Origin: an uncultured archaeon
GTDB lineage: Archaea; Asgardarchaeota; Lokiarchaeia; Sigyniarchaeales; Promethearchaeaceae
Reading direction: 5' to 3'
Assembly (NCBI GenBank): GCA_964426185.1
Contig: CAYRPF010000110.1
Coordinates: 1 to 7,326 of the forward strand
Length of the DNA stretch: 7,326 bases
The notes beneath the pieces were generated by a model. The model did no database searches, was not told the origin of the DNA, and worked only from the letters and a program-made list of their open reading frames with translations. A program made the translations under genes and the position numbers. This document shows, one piece after another, positions 1-6,443 of this stretch (position 1 is its first letter; each line of letters starts with the position of its first letter).

Positions 1-75
1 CACACCTGATAGGTTAGATCCATAATTTCTTCTCTTCTATAATTTCTTTTTTTCCTACAAGGTGATGACTTTCTT

Positions 76-366
76 ATGCTTAAAGCAGTAGTTTTAACGA
101 AAATTGCACAGTTTAAAGCATTAACTTATCCAGATCGAGATCTTACCCGTGAGATCTTACAAATACTTGGAATTTATGATATTGTCGATTTAGAGTTTAG
201 TTTGAATAAGGTCCCACCTCAAGAGAGGCTCGCAGCAATAAAAATGGTAGAAAAACATCTTGACGACCTTCTCAGTGGTGATGAAAAAAAATGGGCAGAA
301 GCAAAGGATAATCTGAAGCAATTCTACTTCCAAATTGATGAAATGGATGAAGAAGGCTATCTTTAA
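76..366 (+). CDS. Hypothetical protein, 96 aa, helical-looking with an acidic C-terminus
   Basis: ATG at 76 preceded by GGTGA (61-65), an archaeal-type SD motif; natural-looking composition; converges on the nifU-like gene. No family motif recognised. Confidence 0.75.
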   Translation: MLKAVVLTKIAQFKALTYPDRDLTREILQILGIYDIVDLEFSLNKVPPQERLAAIKMVEKHLDDLLSGDEKKWAEAKDNLKQFYFQIDEMDEEGYL

Positions 367-391
367 GTTCATCCTTCATTTCATCCTTCAA
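337..391. repeat. Inverted repeat plus 12-bp tandem duplication at the convergent gene junction; possible terminator structure
   Basis: GATGAAATG-GATGAA (337-351) pairs with TTCATC-(CTT)-CATTTCATC (368-385); TTCATCCTTCAT/TTCATCCTTCAA is a tandem repeat at 368-379 and 380-391. Confidence 0.5.
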
Positions 392-876
392 TTTCTTCTT
401 TGATATTTATCCAAGGTCAACTGCAAGGCTGTAACTGCTAATGTTGCACAATGCCAATCTTCTTGTGGAAATTTACCCAAAGCTTCCAGCACCTTCTTAT
501 CAGTTATCTGTCGAACTTTTTCAAGCGGTAGATTTTCTACCAACATTGCTGTTTGAGAAGATGCAATTGATGCAGTAGTGCACCCATCTGTGGTATAAAA
601 TGCATTCTTGAGGATACCATCATGAATATCTAAATACCACCTAACAGAGTCCCCACAAGGGCCCCGCCATTCTTTTTGAACCATTTTATCTGCATTTTCT
701 GGAATTTGATAATGATAGGGATGATCAGCCAAGAAGAGTGCATGCGGGGAGAAATCCGCTTGATTTTTGGCCTCTATCTCCGCTTCTAAGCAAGAGATAA
801 AATCCTCAAATTCATTTAACTTTTTATTTACCGATGAGCTTGATTGAGGTGATTCATTAGACTTTTTCTCATTCAT
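388..876 (-). CDS. NifU/IscU-like Fe-S cluster scaffold protein (NifU_N domain) with N-terminal extension
   Basis: Three canonical U-type Cys motifs: GPCGD, TDGCTTASIASS, HCATLA. The LPPVK HscA-binding motif is replaced by FPQED. Confidence 0.9.
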   Translation of the reverse strand: MNEKKSNESPQSSSSVNKKLNEFEDFISCLEAEIEAKNQADFSPHALFLADHPYHYQIPENADKMVQKEWRGPCGDSVRWYLDIHDGILKNAFYTTDGCTTASIASSQTAMLVENLPLEKVRQITDKKVLEALGKFPQEDWHCATLAVTALQLTLDKYQRRN

Positions 877-963
877 ACATGATTCACATTTTCGATTAAT
901 CGCGCACAGTTAATAAGGAATTACTTCCATTATTCACTAAACGGGAATTTATAAGTGTTCAAT

Positions 964-2130
964 ATGCCCATCATTCAATCTTTGTTAGATAACGATTTAT
1001 ATAAATTTACCATGCAGCAAGTAGTATTGCATCATTTTCCTGAAGTAGATGTAAAATACAAATTCAAGTGTCGCACACCAAATGTTGATCTTCTACCGTA
1101 TCAAGAAATTATACGTGATGAAATTGATAATTTATGCAATTTGCGCTTTACTAATGAGGAATTAGATTATTTGAAACAATTACCATTTATTAAAAAGGAT
1201 TTTATCGATTTTCTCCGTTTACTGGAATTAAATCGCGATCATGTTAGAGTATTCGAAGAAAATGGAGAATTGCAAATTTCTATCTCAGGACCCTGGTTTT
1301 TAACCATACTTTTCGAAGTTCCTATTTTAGCAATTGTAAACGAAACCTATTTTAAACATCAAGTTCCAAATCCGAATTATGATGGTGCTTTAGAGCGTCT
1401 AAAGAACAAGATTGAATTTGCATATTCTTTGGGAAAAAAATATAAATTTGCAGATTTCGGAACACGTCGGAGATTCTCGTTTGATTGGCAACAAAAATTA
1501 ATTGAGCATTTGGTTAAATCGAAAATTAACAGCCGAAATTTCGTAGGCACTAGCAATGTTTTCTGTGCAAAAGAATTCGGCATTAAACCCATTGGTACCA
1601 TGGCTCATGAATTTATTCAAGCAGGTCAAGCTCTTAACGTGAGACTCATCGATAGTCAAAAATTCATGCTCCAGCGCTGGGTTGATGAATATCGAGGTGA
1701 TTTAGGAATTGCTCTCTCGGATACTCTGGGAATTGATGCCTTTTTGAAGGATTTTGATAAATATTTTGCCAAATTATATGATGGTGTAAGGCAAGATTCG
1801 GGTGATCCCTTCGAAGCTTGCGAGAAAATAATTGCACATTATCGAAAATTAAACATTGATCCTAAATCCAAAGTCATTATCTTTTCAGATGGCTTGGATT
1901 TTAAGCAAGCAGAATCACTACTACGGGAATTTGGAGATCGCATTAAAGTATCATTTGGAATCGGCACAAACTTAACTAATGATTTTCCCAACGCTGAACC
2001 AATTCAAGTTGTAATAAAGATGGTTCGCTGCAATCATCAACCCGTAGCGAAGATTTCAGATACTCCCGAAAAAGGAATGTGTGATGATTTGCAGTATTTG
2101 GATTATCTTAAACGAGTATTTACCTATTAA
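964..2130 (+). CDS. pncB: Nicotinate phosphoribosyltransferase (E. coli/yeast-like type); alternative start GTG at 955
   Basis: Motifs SLLDNDLYKFTMQQ, LFEVPILAIVNE, DFGTRRRFS, GTSNV, GTMAHE (phosphorylatable His), RQDSGDP, IFSDGL, FGIGTNLTND, AKISD. Confidence 0.96.
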   Translation: MPIIQSLLDNDLYKFTMQQVVLHHFPEVDVKYKFKCRTPNVDLLPYQEIIRDEIDNLCNLRFTNEELDYLKQLPFIKKDFIDFLRLLELNRDHVRVFEENGELQISISGPWFLTILFEVPILAIVNETYFKHQVPNPNYDGALERLKNKIEFAYSLGKKYKFADFGTRRRFSFDWQQKLIEHLVKSKINSRNFVGTSNVFCAKEFGIKPIGTMAHEFIQAGQALNVRLIDSQKFMLQRWVDEYRGDLGIALSDTLGIDAFLKDFDKYFAKLYDGVRQDSGDPFEACEKIIAHYRKLNIDPKSKVIIFSDGLDFKQAESLLREFGDRIKVSFGIGTNLTNDFPNAEPIQVVIKMVRCNHQPVAKISDTPEKGMCDDLQYLDYLKRVFTY

Positions 2131-2141
2131 CCTATTTGCAC

Positions 2142-2165
2142 TTTTCTTTCAAATTTGGAAGAAAA
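2142..2165 (+). terminator. Near-perfect palindrome with a pyrimidine tract just after the pncB stop; candidate terminator
   Basis: TTTTCTTTCAAA|TTTGGAAGAAAA, 24 nt with one G-U mismatch, 11 nt after the TAA. Confidence 0.45.
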
Positions 2166-2201
2166 AACATTTTTATACGTGTGTATAAATTGATAATCAC
2201 A

Positions 2202-2275
2202 GTACATTTTTTGATTTTTTATGTTGAAATCAAAACAAATGTACGTGTTAATGCAAAATTTATTAACATTTGAAA
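2202..2275. promoter_or_regulatory. Triple-box operator candidate (31-bp period) upstream of tusA-dsrEFH, overlapping a BRE/TATA-like element
   Basis: GTACATTTTTTG (2202-2213), AAACAAATGTAC (2233-2244), TAACATTTGAAA (2264-2275); same register at 6330-6403. GCAAAA-TTTATTAA (2253-2266) fits BRE-TATA. Confidence 0.7.
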
Positions 2276-2295
2276 TAACAAAAATAGTGAGAATT

Positions 2296-2520
2296 ATGGC
2301 AGATTTTACTGAAGATTTTAAAGGGCTCAAATGCCCCATGCCTGTTTTGAAAGCGAAAAAGGTGATTAAGAAAATGGCTCCTGGTCAGACTTTTGAGTTT
2401 GTGGCTGATGATAGTGGTGCGAAAGTGGATATTCCTCCCTTACTGAATAAAACTGGATGCACTTTAGTAGAAATGAAAGAAGAAAACGGGATATATACCT
2501 TTTTAATCAAAAAAGATTAG
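2296..2520 (+). CDS. tusA: TusA/SirA family sulfur carrier protein, 74 aa
   Basis: DFKGLKCPMPVL contains the CPxP motif (Cys13), followed by MAPGQTFEFVADDSGAKVDIP. The start is more likely ATG 2296 (GTGA upstream) than 2221, because the longer N-terminus overlaps the regulatory region and exceeds the usual family length. Confidence 0.93.
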   Translation: MADFTEDFKGLKCPMPVLKAKKVIKKMAPGQTFEFVADDSGAKVDIPPLLNKTGCTLVEMKEENGIYTFLIKKD

Positions 2521-2574
2521 AGTTGTGATTATTTCTGTCTTTTTTATTGATGAAATTTGGAGAGAATTTATAAA

Positions 2575-2928
2575 ATGAAACTAGCATTTTGCGTTATGAC
2601 AGAATTCCTCAAATTCCAACCAGTTTATACTATGATTAATCTTATTAAAGCCGCGCAAGAAAAGAATCATGAAATTTTAGGGATATTCTTCTTTGGAAGC
2701 GGAGTATTAAATATTCAAAAAGGTGCTCATTTAGGCAAAAATACTCGGAATATTTCGGCTGAGTTGGAGAATTTAGGAGTTTCCATTGTTGCATGTCAAA
2801 CTTGGGCAGATAACATGGCCATATTTAAGGAAAACGCCATTGAAGGCGCAGATATCACCGGATTAGGTGAATTATCAAATATGACAGCAGAAGCGGATAA
2901 AGTAATTGTATTCGGTTCTCATGCATAG
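2575..2928 (+). CDS. dsrE: DsrE/TusD-like sulfur relay subunit, 117 aa
   Basis: GIFFFGSGV, IVACQTWA (Cys74, equivalent to the active Cys78 of TusD/DsrE), GADITGLGELS..ADKVIVF. ATG 2575 preceded by GGAGA; first of three DsrEFH-like genes. Confidence 0.85.
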   Translation: MKLAFCVMTEFLKFQPVYTMINLIKAAQEKNHEILGIFFFGSGVLNIQKGAHLGKNTRNISAELENLGVSIVACQTWADNMAIFKENAIEGADITGLGELSNMTAEADKVIVFGSHA

Positions 2929-2950
2929 GAAATGATTAGGAGGTAGAAAA

Positions 2951-3316
2951 ATGGAATCAGTATTAATTTTATGCGAAAAAGGACCCTTTGGGACTAATTC
3001 TGGTATGGAATCGATCCGATTGGGAGCAGGTTATATTGCGTTAGGTGAGGACCTTGATTGTAAGCTGGTATTTTACGGCGCCGGGGTACTTAACCTATTG
3101 AAAAACCTCGACCCAAGTCAAATCGGCATGGATCTGATGGATGAAGGAATTGAAATGGCGGATTTATCCGAGTTACCTATTGTTTTGGTAAATGAAGATT
3201 TAGAGCAATTTGGATACACTCAAGCTGATCTGATTGAATATGAATCCCTAGAATTGGTAAGTAGGGCAGAACTTCCAAGTATTTTGAAGGAGTTTGACAT
3301 GGTATTCCGGATGTGA
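2951..3316 (+). CDS. dsrF: DsrF/TusC-like subunit
   Basis: KGPFGTNSGMESIRL, LVFYGAGVLNLLKNLDP, VNEDLEQFG, FDMVF; strong SD AGGAGGT at 2938-2944; lies between dsrE and dsrH. Confidence 0.85.
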   Translation: MESVLILCEKGPFGTNSGMESIRLGAGYIALGEDLDCKLVFYGAGVLNLLKNLDPSQIGMDLMDEGIEMADLSELPIVLVNEDLEQFGYTQADLIEYESLELVSRAELPSILKEFDMVFRM

Positions 3317-3342
3317 TATTGGAACAAAAGGAGGAAAAAATC

Positions 3343-3663
3343 ATGGAACACTTAATTTTATATGGTTATGCAGGAATGGAGAAACAAAAATTGCAAGATC
3401 TACAAATGTTTACCGAAAGCTGGGAAGATTGCCACTTGGTATTAATGCAAGATGCTGTTGTCGGAACCACAACTGGTGAAAATGAATCCACGGCTGTATT
3501 AGAAAAATTCAAGAACAACGGATGGAAAATTTATGCTCTCCAGGAAGATGTTATCGCACGAGGGTTACCTTTAGAAAAGATCAAATATTTTATTGAACCC
3601 ATCACCTATTATGGCGTTATTGATCTTATCACAGATTCAAAGCAATTAATCTCATGGTTATAA
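3343..3663 (+). CDS. dsrH: DsrH/TusB-like subunit, 106 aa
   Basis: LVLMQDAV, IYALQEDVIARG, ITYYGVIDLI..ISW are the DsrH/TusB signatures; AAGGAGG upstream of ATG 3343 favours this start over GTG 3313. Confidence 0.88.
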   Translation: MEHLILYGYAGMEKQKLQDLQMFTESWEDCHLVLMQDAVVGTTTGENESTAVLEKFKNNGWKIYALQEDVIARGLPLEKIKYFIEPITYYGVIDLITDSKQLISWL

Positions 3664-3689
3664 GAGCAAATTTGGTGAATTTAGTTAAT

Positions 3690-4877
3690 TCAAGATGTTC
3701 TTTTTTTTGATTTTGATCTCAAATCTGCTACACATTTTTTCAAAGTGTTTTTTACATATTCTAATTGTTCACGAGTGTTATCCCTTCCCAAAGTCAATCG
3801 GATAGAACCCGCAGCCATTTCTTCTGATAACCCCATCGCAGTAAGAACATAAGATACATCATGAGATTTTGAATGACAAGCTGATCCCACAGATACGGCA
3901 ATATTATGATTATTCAAAGCTTGGAGCAATTCGCTGCCATCAATTCCTTCAAATCCCACATTTATATTAATTGAAACACGGTGTTTAACTCCACCGTTTA
4001 AATAACTCCCAGTAATTTCAGAAAGAATCCATCTAATCAAATCGTCTCTAAGAGATAATAAGCGAGAATTCTCTTCTGACATATTATTATAACATATTTC
4101 AACCGATTTAGCAAATCCAACAATATTTGCAACATTTTCGGTAGCTGAGCGAAATCCAAACTCTTGTCCACCTCCATAAGTAATAGGAATAATATATACC
4201 CCTCGAGCAGGATGTTTACCTCGATTGCGGATGAATAGCATTCCAATACCCTTTGGACCGTAGATTTTGTGTCCTGATGCTGAAAGTAAGTCGATTTTTT
4301 CTTGCTGTAAGTTGATGGGTAATTTTCCGAAAGCTTGGACCGCATCAGTATGCAAGATTATATTTCGTGTTGAAGTAATTCCTGCAATTTCTCGAATGGG
4401 TTGAATACTACCAATTTCATTGTTTGCATAAATAATTGAAACCAAAATTGTATCATCGCGGAGAAGCCGCTTAAATTCTTCCACAGAAACCAAACCTTCC
4501 GAATCGATAGATAGATAAGAAACCTCAAAACCCTCAAGTTGGAGTTTTCGGAAACAATTTCTTACGGCAGGATGCTCAATTGGGGTGGTTATCATATGTT
4601 TTCCAAATTTTTTCATTTTATGCGCCGTTCCCAAGATTGCAATATTATCCGCTTCGGTTCCACTTCCTGTAAAGATAATTTCCTCTGGTTTCGCTCCAAT
4701 ACATTCAGCTATTCGTGCACGAGAAGTTTCAATTGCTTTCCGAGTATATTTCCCCAAATTATGCATGGAAGAAGCGTTCCCAAAATGATTTTTAAGATAA
4801 GGCATCATTTCTGCCAAAACTTCGGGATCCAAAGGAGTGGTGGCAGCATGATCTAAGTAGATAAATTCACGCTCCAT
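3690..4877 (-). CDS. iscS: Cysteine desulfurase, group I (IscS/NifS-type), PLP-dependent
   Basis: IYLDHAATTP, FGNASSMH, IIFTGSGTEADN, IEHPAV, ANNEIG, HTDAVQAFGK, SGHKIYGPKGIG (PLP Lys), GGGQE, GSACHS (catalytic Cys), SIRLTLGR. Confidence 0.96.
   Translation of the reverse strand: MEREFIYLDHAATTPLDPEVLAEMMPYLKNHFGNASSMHNLGKYTRKAIETSRARIAECIGAKPEEIIFTGSGTEADNIAILGTAHKMKKFGKHMITTPIEHPAVRNCFRKLQLEGFEVSYLSIDSEGLVSVEEFKRLLRDDTILVSIIYANNEIGSIQPIREIAGITSTRNIILHTDAVQAFGKLPINLQQEKIDLLSASGHKIYGPKGIGMLFIRNRGKHPARGVYIIPITYGGGQEFGFRSATENVANIVGFAKSVEICYNNMSEENSRLLSLRDDLIRWILSEITGSYLNGGVKHRVSININVGFEGIDGSELLQALNNHNIAVSVGSACHSKSHDVSYVLTAMGLSEEMAAGSIRLTLGRDNTREQLEYVKNTLKKCVADLRSKSKKRTS
3698..3716 (+). terminator. 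Oligo-T tract, candidate archaeal-type terminator of the tusA-dsrEFH transcript
   Basis: T8 run at 3701-3708, about 38 nt after the dsrH stop. It also encodes Lys codons at the 3' end of the opposite-strand desulfurase gene, so it may be coincidental. Confidence 0.35.
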
Positions 4878-4899
4878 ATAAGGAAGAAAATTAATGGTG

Positions 4900-4907
4900 T
4901 ATATAAA
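4900..4907 (-). promoter_or_regulatory. TATA-box candidate for iscS (probably leaderless transcript)
   Basis: Minus-strand TTTATATA begins 30 nt before the ATG at 4877; no SD motif upstream of the start. Confidence 0.5.
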
Positions 4908-4986
4908 GCAATGGGTAATATTACAAAAGATTGATTTTTAAAATAAAAATGCACATATATGCGGATATACGTATATATTCGATAAC

Positions 4987-5000
4987 CCGAAATTTTAAAG
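4987..5000 (+). promoter_or_regulatory. BRE/TATA candidate for the second tusA (probably leaderless transcript)
   Basis: CCGAAA-TTTTAAAG; the first T (4993) is 30 nt before the ATG at 5023. Confidence 0.5.
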
Positions 5001-5022
5001 TAAATAGAAAAGAATTTTACCC

Positions 5023-5322
5023 ATGGCAAAAGATCTGGAGATCTCGTCCCACTCGAAAAAAAATGATCGAGATGAGCGCGATTTAGATTGGGATAAACAA
5101 GGAAAGGAATTAGATTTACGCGGAGTACAATGTCCGATGACCTTCGTTTATACAAAAGTAACATTGGAAGAAATGTCACCAGGTGACTTACTTCGGTTGA
5201 TTCTCGATTTTCGCTCCGCTTTTACCAATGTGCCAAAAAATGTAGTAAAACAAAAATTGGGAAAAATTATTCATGAAATCGAACAAGATAATGTTAAAAC
5301 TATATGGATAGAACGAATTTAA
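5023..5322 (+). CDS. Second TusA/SirA family sulfur carrier with a charged N-terminal extension
   Basis: ELDLRGVQCPMTFVYTKVTLEEMSPGDLLRLILD..NVPK; CPxT variant motif (Cys37). Confidence 0.9.
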   Translation: MAKDLEISSHSKKNDRDERDLDWDKQGKELDLRGVQCPMTFVYTKVTLEEMSPGDLLRLILDFRSAFTNVPKNVVKQKLGKIIHEIEQDNVKTIWIERI

Positions 5323-5334
5323 CCTCTTATTTAG

Positions 5335-6156
5335 CTAATTACATTCATCATTCACGATATAATATTTTTCGGTCAGATAAAATGGCTCTTTGGGATTGCT
5401 ACATGCCGCACACGAAGGATTGCGCTTGATCGAAATAAAATCGAAAATATTTTCCGCCAAATCGAAAGTAAACAATCCATTTGTGAATTTTTGAGATTTT
5501 CCTATCAGTGTTTTTATCGCTTCATTTGCTTGGAGAATACCAGCAAAACTAGGGACAGTATTAATAACACCGGCGGCTGAACACGACATCGATTCATCAC
5601 CGGCAGATATAGTATGGAAAATGCAACGATAACAAGTGGTTTCTCCTGGATTCACCGAAATCAACTGCCCCATCCATTGAACAACGCCGGCTATGGTAAA
5701 GGGTATATTTAGATGAACGCATACATCATTTACCAAAAATTTAGTGGCAAAATTATCGCTAGCATCAATGACATAATCAGAACCTTTCAGAATTTCGGCA
5801 GAATTTTCTCGCGTAAGTAATTCTGGGAAGATTTCCAACTTAACATCTGGATTAATGGCTTTTACCTTATCGGCGATGCTGTCAACTTTCTTTCGACCCA
5901 CATCTGGTGTTAAGTGTAATGTTTGTCTTGGGAGATTAGATAAATCTACCAAATCCCCATCAATAACCTTAATGTGTCCGACTCCAGCCGATGCCAGCAT
6001 TTGAATCACGGGGCAGCCTAAACCACCAGCACCTACTACAGTTACGGTTGCATTCAGAAGTTTATTTACCCCTTCACTTCCAAAATCGGTTAAGATAATA
6101 TGACGGGAATATCGATGAACTTGGTCATCAGTTAATTTGTGGAAATTTTTCTTCAT
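5335..6156 (-). CDS. HesA/MoeB/ThiF family adenylyltransferase (E1-like), no rhodanese domain
   Basis: RYSRHIIL, VVGAGGLGCP, DGDLVDLSNLPRQ, DASDNF, Zn motifs CYRC and CAAC, conserved loop Cys in SCSAAGV, QANEAIK. Confidence 0.95.
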   Translation of the reverse strand: MKKNFHKLTDDQVHRYSRHIILTDFGSEGVNKLLNATVTVVGAGGLGCPVIQMLASAGVGHIKVIDGDLVDLSNLPRQTLHLTPDVGRKKVDSIADKVKAINPDVKLEIFPELLTRENSAEILKGSDYVIDASDNFATKFLVNDVCVHLNIPFTIAGVVQWMGQLISVNPGETTCYRCIFHTISAGDESMSCSAAGVINTVPSFAGILQANEAIKTLIGKSQKFTNGLFTFDLAENIFDFISIKRNPSCAACSNPKEPFYLTEKYYIVNDECN

Positions 6157-6329
6157 AAGTACAACTTATTCGGGAAAAATAAAAAAAATTAGTGTATTTT
6201 TAGTTATTATGCGAATTTTTTCATAAATACAACCGAATAAAAGGAATTCTGCCAATTTTCTTATTTTTTTAATTTTCTAAATTTTTAGGAACAAATATTT
6301 ATATATCCATTGTCAATAATAATAAGCAA

Positions 6330-6403
6330 GTACATTTGGCAATTTTATCTTATAGAACTGGATCAAATGTAATGTTAGAAATAGATTTATAGTACATTTG
6401 TTT
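6330..6403. promoter_or_regulatory. Triple-box operator candidate (31-bp period) upstream of dsrE2
   Basis: GTACATTTGGCA (6330-6341), GATCAAATGTAA (6361-6372), GTACATTTGTTT (6392-6403); TTTATA at 6386-6391 abuts box 3, and another TTTATATA lies at 6298-6305. Confidence 0.7.
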
Positions 6404-6443
6404 TTTATAGTAAAAAAATAGAACAGGAAAAAAGTGATGAATA

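Noticed and set aside
1-23. Possible minus-strand gene start (MDLTYQV...) running off the left edge
   Set aside because: Only seven codons are visible, which is too little to support a call.
190-390. Selenocysteine read-through of the nifU TGA (in-frame TGA-AGG-ATG-AAA-TGA into ORF 190..372)
   Set aside because: The NifU domain is complete before the stop, the second TGA comes from a 12-bp duplication, and the extension is antisense to the better 76..366 ORF with no recognisable motif.
1377-1601. 74-aa minus-strand ORF
   Set aside because: Antisense shadow of pncB.
2202-2275. Regularly spaced boxes as a mini CRISPR array
   Set aside because: Units are 12 bp, degenerate and alternate in orientation, with only three copies per site and no cas genes.
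2127-2339. 70-aa minus-strand ORF and the 2221-2295 N-terminal extension of TusA
   Set aside because: They cover the AT-rich regulatory spacer, have no motif, and the extension does not fit TusA family length.
3314-3316. dsrF TGA as a recoded codon or a dsrF-dsrH fusion
   Set aside because: DsrF ends at the family-typical position, read-through meets TAA after 12 codons, and dsrH is in another frame with its own strong SD.
3294-3479. 61-aa Cys-containing ORF
   Set aside because: Alternative frame overlapping the well-supported dsrF and dsrH genes.
2575-3663. dsrEFH as evidence for dissimilatory sulfur oxidation
   Set aside because: No dsrAB, dsrC or dsrMKJOP in the window, and the desulfurase/E1 context points to biosynthetic sulfur relay.
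4037-5179. ORFs 4037..4345, 4539..4856, 4585..4788 and 4853..5179
   Set aside because: Off-frame or antisense shadows of iscS and the second tusA.
6166-6240. Inverted repeats TTATTCGG/CCGAATAA and TGTATTT/AAATACA as MITE ends or an ncRNA
   Set aside because: Only 7-8 bp in very AT-rich DNA, with no target-site duplication or second copy.
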